35,262 nt of DNA, from NCBI GenBank assembly GCA_964636085.1, contig CAZWPQ010000017.1, positions 1 to 35,262 on the forward strand, read 5' to 3'. A program made the position numbers and the translations under genes. Positions 8,636 through 18,664 of this stretch are shown one piece after another. The DNA is from an uncultured Nitrososphaerota archaeon. Its GTDB lineage: Archaea; Asgardarchaeota; Njordarchaeia; Njordarchaeales; Panguiarchaeaceae. Numbering within the stretch: the first letter of the stretch is position 1; every line of letters starts with the position of its first letter. The notes under the pieces were generated by a model that did not search any database, was not told the DNA's origin, and saw only the letters and a program-made list of their open reading frames with translations.

Positions 8636-9271
8636 CTAAGATTCTGTGTTTATGATATCGCCATTTATAGTGACATTCTCTCCTAGTTTTAGGGATGATG
8701 CCTTTACATCCCCTGAGATCTCGACGTTTTCTAGAAATAGATCTCCATCTACACTTATGTTGCCATCTATGACAAGGATTTTTTCGCCAGAAATTTTTGC
8801 GTCACCATGAACAATGATGTCTCCCTTAATACCGCTCTTCTCGGTACCTCGAGTAGTTATCTCTAGATCATCCCCCACCAAAATATCACCACCTATACGT
8901 ATTCCGCCCTTAATAATACAGCCATGCCTAATATTTATGTCACCATTAACCTGTAATCCTCCTAGGAACTCGGCATCTCCCCTTACCTCAATATCTCCCT
9001 CCACCTTCATGCCTCCCTTTACTCTAAGATCTTCCCATAACTTAACATCGCCCTTTATGTCTCCGCCACCCTCAAGGTATAGATCACCCATAACCTCTAA
9101 GTCTTCCTCTACCCTCATTCCTCCTTTTATGCGACAGTCTCCAGGAATCCTAAGGGTGCCCCTGCAAAGTATTGCCCCCTCGTATACACCGCCACTCAAT
9201 TCGGAATCGCCGACAAAAAATATACTTATTCCTCTATTTGGACTATTTTGCCCACTCATATGAGACACCAT
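8636..9271 (-). CDS. Polymer-forming cytoskeletal (bactofilin-like) beta-solenoid protein
   Basis: Nearly the whole protein is G-D/N-x-x-I/V repeats, including five consecutive 18-aa units starting GG, and it ends in VTINGDI. No signal peptide. Confidence 0.75.
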   Translation of the reverse strand: MVSHMSGQNSPNRGISIFFVGDSELSGGVYEGAILCRGTLRIPGDCRIKGGMRVEEDLEVMGDLYLEGGGDIKGDVKLWEDLRVKGGMKVEGDIEVRGDAEFLGGLQVNGDINIRHGCIIKGGIRIGGDILVGDDLEITTRGTEKSGIKGDIIVHGDAKISGEKILVIDGNISVDGDLFLENVEISGDVKASSLKLGENVTINGDIINTES

Positions 9272-9337
9272 TTTCTATCTTTAAGTCAAAATTTTCTAAT
9301 TTTAAAATACCTTTTTTTATTTATAAACCTAACGAAA

Positions 9338-10408
9338 TTATGGGGCTTCAACCTTTATTATCTCATACTTTGTGGATCCAAGACCCAATTTTTCTGCATG
9401 ATACAACTGAATAAGTGGATCAACATGGCCTCCAAATACTTTATTGCTTGACATCTGTATAACCAAATCATATGATGCCATATCTATTGCTACGGGATCA
9501 CTACTGGCGAGAATACCGATATCCGTTAACATAGGGACTCCCGACATTGGCATACAGTCGCAGACCCTAGTCATATCCATGAGGAAGTTAATAAAGAACA
9601 TTTTTTCCTTGGGTACAACCTTTGTTACTGCATATGCGGCCTCAGCTATTCGCTTTAAAAACCTATCACCAGTAAACCATTCCACATCTATAGCCCCCAC
9701 TGGGCAATAAACTATGCAATTTCCACAGCCAACACACCTGTCATAATCTATCTTTGGCTTCTTATTCCTTTGGATCGCTCCATATTTACATGCCATTAGG
9801 CATGTCCAACAGGAGATACACTTCTCATAATTTATCCTTGGTTTGGATACAGTATGTTGGAGGATTTTGCCCCTCTTGGATGAGCAGCCCATGCCAAGGT
9901 TCTTGATTGCGCCACCAAACCCACTCATCTCATGCCCCTTAAAGTGTGTGAGTACGAGGAGAAAGTCCACATCCTTAAATAATGAGGCAATGGGTACTTC
10001 GTCAAGTTCTTCGCCATCAATCCTCACCGAAATTTCGTCCCTACCTCTGAGACCATCGGCAATTATGACTGGTGCATTCACAACAGAGAATACGAACCCA
10101 TTGAAAAAAGCGGTTCTAAGATGGCCAACAGCATCATATCTAGAGCCCCTATATAGTGTTGTTGTATTCGTAAGAAACGGTTTACATCCATACTCAACCA
10201 GCATATCCACTATGATACTAACGAACTGTGGCCTAATATATCTAATATTCCCAAACTCGCCCATATGTAGTTTAATTGCGACAAAATCTCCCTTATTAAC
10301 CAGGTTAGGTAGTCCTGCATTCTCCAATAATTTGCGAAAATAAGCATATGTCGGGGACAAAGATATTCTTCCTAAGTCTAGATAATAGACCTTGCTACCC
10401 ACATCCAT
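9338..10408 (-). CDS. DUF362-domain Fe-S protein with 2x[4Fe-4S] ferredoxin insert
   Basis: VAIKLHMGE, THFKGHEMSGFGGAIKNLGMG, CxxCxxCxxxC twice, CDC, DIGILASSDPVAID. Confidence 0.9.
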   Translation of the reverse strand: MDVGSKVYYLDLGRISLSPTYAYFRKLLENAGLPNLVNKGDFVAIKLHMGEFGNIRYIRPQFVSIIVDMLVEYGCKPFLTNTTTLYRGSRYDAVGHLRTAFFNGFVFSVVNAPVIIADGLRGRDEISVRIDGEELDEVPIASLFKDVDFLLVLTHFKGHEMSGFGGAIKNLGMGCSSKRGKILQHTVSKPRINYEKCISCWTCLMACKYGAIQRNKKPKIDYDRCVGCGNCIVYCPVGAIDVEWFTGDRFLKRIAEAAYAVTKVVPKEKMFFINFLMDMTRVCDCMPMSGVPMLTDIGILASSDPVAIDMASYDLVIQMSSNKVFGGHVDPLIQLYHAEKLGLGSTKYEIIKVEAP

Positions 10409-10951
10409 CCACCAAACGATCAAATATGTATTGACAGTACAAGGATAATATTAAAAAGCCCTTTATATGGAAAAAAGCAGCCTGCCATATTGTAGGTCGC
10501 CATGTAATCCGCCTCTCCTACATAGAGAAAATTCCTAGAGACTTAAAGGAAAGATATACATGCCTGGTTAATTGGTAAAAAATAGCGTCAGAGATGACCT
10601 ATTGTTCCTAAAATGATCTCACATAGGTAAGCTAAATACTATAAAACACCAAATAATTAGCCCCAACAATTTGCTAATTGCGACTCTGTCGTGATTTTAA
10701 ACATCCAGAATATTCACTGGGTATACTTAGCGATGTATATCTCCCCTATCCTAGACTTTATCTGTATTGTTATTGGCGGCAACGAAAATATGCACGACTC
10801 TGGTAGATTCTTTCTTTTCTAAAAGTTAGGCAAAGATTATGATATCTTATTAATCACAACACGCCCTCCAAGAAGAAGATATATGTTACTACTTTTTTAA
10901 TTTGGGATTTAACTCTTACTATTCAATCATAACTAATATTGGTGCATAGAT

Positions 10952-11584
10952 ATGCTTGTACCCATATTCAAGATAGTGATTGTGTTCATTGCTATATTAT
11001 TTCTAAGTTCGATTATCTCTGTACCCTTGATGAAGAACAAAATTTTAAGTGGAATAATTACACAGATAGGAATACTAGTGATAAGCCTTGTATTAGGCCT
11101 ATTTGCCCTTGATCTAAACTGTTCCAACATTGGGATAAAAGCATGTAAAATCCTAATTTTGTCGATGTCATTCATATTGAGTATACTTATAGCGCTACCC
11201 CTCGCATATTTAAGCATGATCTATGGAAAGGATTTTGAGCATCCATTAGAGATAAAGAGCTTTCCCGTCTATGTTTTAGTAGGCCTAATCCTGTCACCAA
11301 TAGCTGAAGAAATAATGTTCAGAGGAGTCCTAGAAGGATACCTACTATTAACAACAATCCCATGGATAGCGATAATCCTTCCAGCAATTCTATTCAGCAT
11401 TATGCATATGGCGCCCTTCTCCAAGGCTCCAAGAAAATTAGTTCTTATAGTTCTTACAAGCGCTTTTATCCTCGGAATAATCGCGGGGACCTTCCGATAT
11501 GTAGCAGACTCAATAATACCAGCAATTATTACCCACCAATGCTTTAATATTGCTGGGAAAACCATAGAACACACAACAAAATGA
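10952..11584 (+). CDS. CPBP (CAAX/Abi) family intramembrane metalloprotease
   Basis: Multi-TM protein with AEEIMFRG, LFSIMH and THQCFN motifs. Confidence 0.9.
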   Translation: MLVPIFKIVIVFIAILFLSSIISVPLMKNKILSGIITQIGILVISLVLGLFALDLNCSNIGIKACKILILSMSFILSILIALPLAYLSMIYGKDFEHPLEIKSFPVYVLVGLILSPIAEEIMFRGVLEGYLLLTTIPWIAIILPAILFSIMHMAPFSKAPRKLVLIVLTSAFILGIIAGTFRYVADSIIPAIITHQCFNIAGKTIEHTTK

Positions 11585-12026
11585 TATGGATGATCCAAAC
11601 CCCTCAATACGATTTTACTACTAATATTGACTATCGATCCAGATTGAGAACGGAGTAAATCCGTCAATTCTCCAAACGAGGCCCAACAAAAACGAAATAA
11701 CACAGGAAACACGCAGGTTTTCTAATCACGTTAATGAGAAGCTTAAGGATCGCAATTGTCGAACTGTTAGGCTAGTTATTGGTATTCTATAGCATTTAGA
11801 TTTCCTAAGTGAGAACATTTTAGGAACAGCGAGAAGCATTAAAGAAACAGAAGCAGAATTATCGCTAAATTGAGCTTTTTTCTCATTTGAACCTTTATAC
11901 CTACTGGACAATCCCCAGCACATGCGTCCGAGACGCAAAGTATGATTCTGCTAGGAAATTCTGGAGAACGTAGCAATACGTCTCGATATATTAGAAGAAA
12001 TACTCATTGATAAACATACTGAAACT

Positions 12027-12091
12027 TTTTTCATATTTGAAGAAATTTTGCATTTTTTAATATGAAAAATTAATTATGTGAAATATGAAAA
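12027..12091. promoter_or_regulatory. Possible autoregulatory operator upstream of vapBC
   Basis: TTTTTCATATT (12027-12037) is inverted at 12059-12069 (AATATGAAAAA), with a further AATATGAAAA at 12082-12091. AT-rich context weakens the significance. Confidence 0.35.
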
Positions 12092-12103
12092 TATTGTTAA
12101 TTT

Positions 12104-12376
12104 TTGAGAGTGATAAATTTGAGGGAGAAAAATTTGTACATAAAAGTTTATGATGACATGGGCCGTATTAAGCTTCCCAGTATTGTGGTTAAAAAAATGA
12201 AGCTTCGTAGAGGAAGCATCTTGGTGGTTTCAGAATTAAATGAGGAGTTCGTTGTATTAAAGAAAATAGATCGTAAAATCGATGAGTTAAAGGAAATGGG
12301 GCCTCAGCTACCTCCCAATATTAATGAAGACGAAGAATTAGAGGAGACAAAACTACTCATATATGAAATGTTGTGA
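12104..12376 (+). CDS. AbrB/MazE-like antitoxin (VapB)
   Basis: DDMGRIKLPSIVVKKMKLRRGSILVV is a swapped-hairpin signature, with an acidic tail, directly upstream of a PIN gene. The start may be the TTG at 12119. Confidence 0.8.
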   Translation: MRVINLREKNLYIKVYDDMGRIKLPSIVVKKMKLRRGSILVVSELNEEFVVLKKIDRKIDELKEMGPQLPPNINEDEELEETKLLIYEML

Positions 12377-12382
12377 GTGTCT

Positions 12383-12880
12383 ATGCCCAAGATACTTCTC
12401 GATACAAAAGCACTTTGGGGCCTCATCGTCAGAGGCTCTATATATTCTGGTCATGTCTATGAAATTGCAAAAACTTATCAATTGATAATACCTCTCCCAG
12501 CCATAATTGAGGTGATAATGGCGATTTATAAGGTCTTCTCGGAGAGAGGTACGAATTTTGAAAAAGGCTTTGAAGCTGTTATCGAAGCAATAAACAAACT
12601 TAATGCTATTATTAAAAAACCAAACGAATATGGCATAATAGCCAAAGTTTTAATGCCGAAAGAGACGATAACTCTAGAAGCTATAGGAATTATAAAAGAT
12701 CATCTAGAACTGTTCGTAAAAAAGGGCCCCAAAAATACGAGGTGGTTAAGATTATTTGATGCAATCATAGCAACAATATGGATAAAAGAGAAAATCCCAA
12801 TCCTAGCAGATGACCCAGTATACGATAAACTAGCACAAAAGTATAAACTCAAATACATAAGGCTTCAGAAATATAAATAG
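12383..12880 (+). CDS. PIN-domain toxin (VapC-like)
   Basis: ILLDT, AIIE, LFDAIIA and ILADD acidic PIN motifs; coupled to an AbrB-like gene. Confidence 0.85.
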   Translation: MPKILLDTKALWGLIVRGSIYSGHVYEIAKTYQLIIPLPAIIEVIMAIYKVFSERGTNFEKGFEAVIEAINKLNAIIKKPNEYGIIAKVLMPKETITLEAIGIIKDHLELFVKKGPKNTRWLRLFDAIIATIWIKEKIPILADDPVYDKLAQKYKLKYIRLQKYK

Positions 12881-12899
12881 CACAGTACCCAGTGAAAAA

Positions 12900-13176
12900 A
12901 TATCGGATACTTTTAATAATATAAATAAATACGTTTGTATTAATCATAACTTGCTCATTTTTCCTTCTAGTTTTATCTATTACCTCTCTTAAATCTCCAA
13001 GACCTTCTTTACTTACCGAATCTATGTCCCATGCAAACATCAAACTCTTGTATTCTCTATGTATCTTAATAAGAATATTTTGCCTCACCTAGGCTTCTCG
13101 CCTTAAGCTCTCTTCTAATACTCTCCAATATACATAGCAAACTATGTCTAACTGTTATTGTTATATATCTCGCCAA
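12900..13176 (-). pseudogene. Decayed second vapBC-like pair (RHH-like antitoxin plus 5' stub of a PIN toxin)
   Basis: TGGTGAT RBS then TTG at 13176: ARYITITVR...ESIRRELKARSLGEA, frameshift, ILIKIHREYK. It is followed by ATGAGC and MINTNVFIY, a degenerate PIN start (compare DTNVFIY). Confidence 0.5.
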
Positions 13177-13565
13177 TAATATCACCATGTTATAATTTCT
13201 CAATTTATACATTGATGAAATATAGCAAATTAAGACTGTAAAAGATGGCGGCATTTGATACTACACCACTAACATTATATGGAAGACAAAGATTTTATCT
13301 TATGGGAAGAGACAAAAGGTAGGGAGGCTTATAACCATACTGATAATTTATATGGTGCGGGATTGATATCAACCGTTGGTTGTCTCCGTTTCTGTTTCTC
13401 CTTTTTGATGCTGGCTAAGACTGTTTTTTGCGCTAATTGTTGCATGTTAGAAGTACTAAAAAATAGCTAAAGTAGCTAGTTTCACGACGCTTCTCTTTGA
13501 CCAATTTCAATAAATTTTATGATATAAATTATACCCTACACAAGAAAAAAATAGAATGTCAAGTC

Positions 13566-16175
13566 TTAGCCTTTACCGAAGCCAAAACGCTTTAATACTA
13601 TTATCGCGATAATTACGATTACTACTATTATTAAAGCTATTAACAGCCAATTGAACTTCTCTTCTTTTTGTCGAACAATTGTATATGAAATCATCTCCTC
13701 AGCTATGTTCCCAGCATAATCAGTGACAACTATTCTAAGCGATACTGTGACATTATTTTCGGAGGGTATGGCTATTCTGGCAACCCACAGATTATTCTCT
13801 AGGCTCGCGTTGACATGATTCCATATCTCTCCATCAGTAGAATAATATACCACAACTTTTGAGACCCCTGAGAGGTTATCGCTTGCATTTACCCTAACCA
13901 CAACAATATTGCCTTCTTGCGATACATTGACTGAGTATATTATTGGTGGGGCATTGTCTACATACACGCCTAGCATATCCTCAGCAGTAAGGCCAAAACT
14001 ATCGCATGCAATGGCTCTTATCAAATAGTATCCATCATCGTACTTGGATGTATTCCATGTAAATATGTAGGGGGCGGCGGTCATGTTATCTAGTAATGAG
14101 CCGTTAAGGTAGACAGCTACCCATGAAAGTCCGGAGGAGTCAGTAGCATTAACTATGATTTGCACTATTCCACGAAGATACACGGCTGTGGGACTAATGA
14201 TGTTTATTGTTGGCGGGAGGTTATATATTACGTAGATTTTAACCGACTTGAGATTTCCAAAGATATCGTATATATTTATGGTTATTGTATACTCCTTCTC
14301 GATCTCTGGGGTATATTGTGTCTGATAGGGCGGTGTCCTTAATATAGCAATAATATTACTATCCACATAGATCTCTACTCTATCGATTTCCGTGTTGTCT
14401 GTAGCATTTACAGAAATTATGAATGTGCCAGAAACAAATGAATGATTGGCTGGTGATGTACTTATTAATGTCGGTTCCTGTGTGTCTGGACTTACCACAG
14501 GCTCAGATAAATAGGGCGAATATGCTATATAAGATGAGCTATAAAGTTCCTCAGGGTCATACGGATCGCCGGTCGCTGTTAATTCTGGTCCCAGCTCAGA
14601 TCCCCACCAGTTATATGTTGCATTTATATTTATGCTTGCGCAATAGAGCCCGACATCTCTGTTAAGCGAGAATGTACTATTATGCACTGTTAGGGGGGTA
14701 CTGCTATCATATATTCCGTGATATTCATTGAGAACAAACGCAGAGTATGTGATATTTATAGGGCACGAATAATGCAGATAGGCACCATAGTAATTATGGA
14801 TAAATGTGGAATTTCTAACAATTATGGCCCCCCCAATATCCCCATCAACATATAGCCCTGCGTATCCCCCAGATGAGACAATTTTTTCCATGGTTATGTT
14901 ACCGCACGAAACGATGTTTATTCCATATGTTGATACATTCCGTATTGTGATATTCCTACACCCTACTAATATTAGCTCTCCATAATTCACGTCTTTAATT
15001 GTCTTTAGATTTTCACTCACCCACCAGAGCACGGAAAGGTCGTTTATTGTGTTTCCAGAAACTGTATATTCTGCCATGTCTACAAGGTCATCTTCCAGTA
15101 CTAAGATCGATCCATTGTATATCGAGTTTTCTGATATCAAGATGTTTTGTACATCAACATCATATATTTTCATGGCTATATGTTGTCTTCGAGCTATTAT
15201 TGTATTTGACTCTATAACCACATTTGCACAGTCTCTATATATATCGACACTACCATGTATTCTATTGTTTCTAATCTTCACATCATCGTCGGCAATGCGG
15301 ATGGCTGTAGGACTCCCCTCCGAAGTGATTGTGGATCCAGTGATTAGTGACGTATCATCCAGATACATGCCATATGCATAATACCGAAATGTCAAATCAC
15401 AATTCTTTATCGTTAAATTGTCGCCATAGAATATCAAATTATTAGCGCTTACGGTGGTGCTACTGATAGTCACATTTGCACCCGAGATATAGATGTCTAG
15501 GTTTATATCCACTTGGGAGCTTTCTATGTTTATGCATGGTGAGCTCACCATAGTTAATTCATTGGTGTCAATATGGATGTGATATATATGACCTGTTATA
15601 TTATTAAAAACGATCTCATCATCGTTAATAATGTCACAGTTTTTGGCATCTAGGTTTGAATCAACAATCTCCACTTTGTAGGTGTTTATCTCTGTGTTGG
15701 ATCCAAACTTTACGCTCGACTCGTCATAGAAACTCAGATACTTAACATATAACGTATTGTTGTTGCTAGAGTTGAATACAGAGCCATAAGTCTCCAATTC
15801 GTAGCAATTTTGTATTTTTGATGAAGAGAGCTCTATGATGGATCCTTCATATGCATAGATTTCATAGAGATACGATGCAGATGAAGATTTTATTGTGGAG
15901 TTTTCTAATACAAGTTTGCCGTGGACATATATATCATCGGTTGTTTCCGCGGAGAAGTTACTCATGATTAGTATGGAGTTCCTGAGAGTTAACTGACTCG
16001 TAATGTTTATTGAACCATTTATCATAAGTACTTCATTCTCAACTATTGTTGGCTGAGTTACATTCCAAACCCCCCACCTCGGGGGATTCACTCCAGATAT
16101 CGACTTTGATCCTGAAGCCCCCACACCCCAATAGAATCCCAATACAACAAGAAATAGTATGAAATACTCCCTCAT
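13566..16175 (-). CDS. Cell-surface protein: right-handed beta-helix (pectin-lyase-like) region, three Ig-like domains, C-terminal TM anchor
   Basis: Signal peptide, Asn/Ile/Ser-rich beta-helix repeats, NATYNWWG motif, DTQEP/NLPP/DNAPP Ig units, TM then KR tail. Confidence 0.85.
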   Translation of the reverse strand: MREYFILFLVVLGFYWGVGASGSKSISGVNPPRWGVWNVTQPTIVENEVLMINGSINITSQLTLRNSILIMSNFSAETTDDIYVHGKLVLENSTIKSSSASYLYEIYAYEGSIIELSSSKIQNCYELETYGSVFNSSNNNTLYVKYLSFYDESSVKFGSNTEINTYKVEIVDSNLDAKNCDIINDDEIVFNNITGHIYHIHIDTNELTMVSSPCINIESSQVDINLDIYISGANVTISSTTVSANNLIFYGDNLTIKNCDLTFRYYAYGMYLDDTSLITGSTITSEGSPTAIRIADDDVKIRNNRIHGSVDIYRDCANVVIESNTIIARRQHIAMKIYDVDVQNILISENSIYNGSILVLEDDLVDMAEYTVSGNTINDLSVLWWVSENLKTIKDVNYGELILVGCRNITIRNVSTYGINIVSCGNITMEKIVSSGGYAGLYVDGDIGGAIIVRNSTFIHNYYGAYLHYSCPINITYSAFVLNEYHGIYDSSTPLTVHNSTFSLNRDVGLYCASININATYNWWGSELGPELTATGDPYDPEELYSSSYIAYSPYLSEPVVSPDTQEPTLISTSPANHSFVSGTFIISVNATDNTEIDRVEIYVDSNIIAILRTPPYQTQYTPEIEKEYTITINIYDIFGNLKSVKIYVIYNLPPTINIISPTAVYLRGIVQIIVNATDSSGLSWVAVYLNGSLLDNMTAAPYIFTWNTSKYDDGYYLIRAIACDSFGLTAEDMLGVYVDNAPPIIYSVNVSQEGNIVVVRVNASDNLSGVSKVVVYYSTDGEIWNHVNASLENNLWVARIAIPSENNVTVSLRIVVTDYAGNIAEEMISYTIVRQKEEKFNWLLIALIIVVIVIIAIIVLKRFGFGKG

Positions 16176-16381
16176 CAGAGACACCTATGTGTCTCCTTGT
16201 ACTGTAATAAGAATTTAGAAAATCAATTTATAACAGTTTTGCAAATTTTCTAACGACATTTAGAGGATACTCTTGCCGGGGATTTCATAGTATTTAAAAA
16301 TTTATCCAATATGGCGACGAACCAAAGCTTTTCTCAGTTTTTTAATATCATATTTCGCAATATCTTAATAGGTGATGGTCC

Positions 16382-16945
16382 ATGTCTAAGGTGCTTATTC
16401 TTGCTGGCGATGGAGTCGAGGCTCAGGAGATATTTTATCCCTATTATCGTCTAAGAGAGGAGGGTATCGAAGTAGATGTTGCCGTTCCAGAGAAGAAGAA
16501 GGACTTCATCTTCACCGTTGTGCATGATTTTGAACCGGGTTGGGAAACATATACGGAGAAGTTTGGCTATAGGTTCCCGTGGGTCACTAAGAGTTTTAAG
16601 GGGGTAAAACCTGAGGAGTATGATGGCCTGATAATCCCTGGCGGTAGGGCTCCAGAATGGATTCGCCTCCATCCTAAATGCAAGGAAATAATCGGGCACT
16701 TCTTTGAGAACAACAAACCCATCGCGGCAATATGTCACGGCCCATTAGTTCTGATAGTAACATGTCCAGAGTACTTAAAGGGTCGAAGAATGACGGCATA
16801 CATCGCTGTTAAACCAGACGTGGAGGGCATAGGTGCTAAATATGAAGATGAAGAGGTTGTTGTGGATGGAAACTTGATAACATCAAGAGCATGGCCTGAT
16901 CTTCCAGCTTTCATGAGGGAATTCTTGAAACTCTTAAAAAAATAG
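16382..16945 (+). CDS. DJ-1/PfpI family protein
   Basis: EAQE, IIPGGRAPE, AAICHGP nucleophile elbow, VVDGNLITSRAWPD. GGTGA RBS. Confidence 0.95.
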   Translation: MSKVLILAGDGVEAQEIFYPYYRLREEGIEVDVAVPEKKKDFIFTVVHDFEPGWETYTEKFGYRFPWVTKSFKGVKPEEYDGLIIPGGRAPEWIRLHPKCKEIIGHFFENNKPIAAICHGPLVLIVTCPEYLKGRRMTAYIAVKPDVEGIGAKYEDEEVVVDGNLITSRAWPDLPAFMREFLKLLKK

Positions 16946-17009
16946 CCTAACTTTCTTCTTTTTTGGAGAGTAGTGCTGTGATCCTTAGGGGCCAAACATT
17001 CTGCATTCT

Positions 17010-17215
17010 GTATTCATCGGGAGTCACTATGTCGGGGGATATTAGACCGACAACCCCTAACTCGTCCTCAACCTCACTAATGACCTCAGAACAGTCTCGA
17101 TAATACTATTGGTCTTTTCCATAACGACGACACGGACATTAGAACAATCACTACCCTCAAAGCCCTCAACAAGGAGTAGATTCTCACCGAGTCTCTAGGG
17201 ACTCTCCTTATCAAT
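17010..17215 (-). pseudogene. Degenerate minimal nucleotidyltransferase (MNT)-like remnant
   Basis: Across frameshifts it reads RLGENLLLVEGFEGSDCSNVRVVVMEKTNSIIETV / EVISEVEDELGVVGLISPDIVTPDEY, the secondary-structure pattern of small archaeal MNT-fold proteins. Confidence 0.4.
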
Positions 17216-17528
17216 ACAGTCACATGCATAGTGCGCAACTAATAATTCATAATAAAAGTGAAAGAATAAAAAGAAACTCATAAAATACGGCTAAAATTTA
17301 GTATAATATATCTACAAGCTCCATAATTCTAACCGATATAAGGATGCTTAAAACAAGAAATTTATGAAAAACCCTGCAATTTTGTATCCTTATGTTCCTG
17401 ATCCTTTACTAGTTCTATTCTGCATAGAAAGTATAATCTAAAACGATTATACGACAGCAGTGTTTTTTGGATGATATATCTTCTCGACGGGGGGCACCTA
17501 AGGCACTACTAAATTGTTGTCCCCAGCG

Positions 17529-18392
17529 CTAGGTTTCGGAGTGTGGCTGCAGTTCATATATAACCCCTACATCTGTCTTTCTTATGGGTACGAGTAGATC
17601 ATAGTTCTGTGAAAGTATTATCCGTACTGGGTTTCTAATGTTTCTGGAAACCGTAATTAGGATTTCTTCAATAATTTTTTTGGTGAGTGTTTTTGTGTTG
17701 GGGTCTTTTAGTGTTTCAAGTCTAGCAAACCCTTCTATAATGCCCAGATATTTTTCATTCATAATCAACATAATTATTGGAGGTACAAAGACCAGCACGA
17801 TTATTAGTACGAGGAAGTATACTTGCCATATAATTCCACGACTATACAGGTATAATAGTAGAGTGGAAGAAACAATATTGATGATTGTCATGACATCAAT
17901 ATACCGTCTGTATTTCCTATATTTGTTGCTAAAGCCCAAGATACCCTCCTTAGATTGCTCAATATTAAGAACCTTAAGGAGATTTACGATGCCCCGATAT
18001 ACGTCACTATTGACCAATCTAACCCTGTCTATAGCCTCAAATATCTCTCTAAATCCATCAAGCAGTCTATTATAGATCAAAGATTCGTTGTGTTGAACTA
18101 TATTATCAAAAATAGAAACCACATATATGAAATCTTTGCACCTCAAAAATGGATCTATAAGAACTGTATCCCTAGCAGATCTATAGCCATAAAACAAGGC
18201 TATAAATGGCAACACAAATACTACGTTAGAGAGTCCATAAAACAGATAGAAAAATACGTTGCTCTGGAGTAAGTATGACAAAACAAATGCAGAGACGAAA
18301 AACAATGACCATCCAGTAATGATCAGAACGACCGGCTTAAATCGGAAGTAAATGTATCTGTAGAAACTCACGGCACAATAATATTTCTTCAT
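17529..18392 (-). CDS. Hypothetical membrane protein (about 4 TM)
   Basis: Long ORF with two TM hairpins separated by a soluble helical region; start placed at MKKYY. Confidence 0.7.
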   Translation of the reverse strand: MKKYYCAVSFYRYIYFRFKPVVLIITGWSLFFVSAFVLSYLLQSNVFFYLFYGLSNVVFVLPFIALFYGYRSARDTVLIDPFLRCKDFIYVVSIFDNIVQHNESLIYNRLLDGFREIFEAIDRVRLVNSDVYRGIVNLLKVLNIEQSKEGILGFSNKYRKYRRYIDVMTIINIVSSTLLLYLYSRGIIWQVYFLVLIIVLVFVPPIIMLIMNEKYLGIIEGFARLETLKDPNTKTLTKKIIEEILITVSRNIRNPVRIILSQNYDLLVPIRKTDVGVIYELQPHSET

Positions 18393-18664
18393 TATACTCG
18401 ACCTACATGGTTTTCCGCATGGATGAAAAATGAAAAATAAGAATTTCATATGTGTATATATAAAATAAAAAAATACTGCTATAATATGTGTATGAGAGAT
18501 GTAGATTATTTATTTCTCTTGTTTTTTATGTATATACAATCCCAAATTATGACAATTTTTAGGATAGATTGCGAATACCTGTGGGCTCTCCAGTTTCAGA
18601 TACTACTTGTCTGATTCTGGAGATTTCCCAGGTTTCCTTGCCTAAAATCTTGGCATTGGTGTTG

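Noticed and set aside
8814-9263. Antisense Pro/Ser-rich ORF and similar shadow ORFs (52-423, 9843-10343, 17638-18075, 26657-27142, 32993-33427, 33939-34391)
   Set aside because: They are reverse-frame shadows of well-supported genes, with no independent motifs.
11590-12020. Short ORFs or possible gene remnant between the CPBP protease and vapB
   Set aside because: Multiple stops and no recognisable motif; cannot support a call.
13279-13470. 63-aa plus-strand ORF and a 38-aa minus-strand ORF starting at 13445
   Set aside because: No motifs or clear RBS; probably non-coding or decayed.
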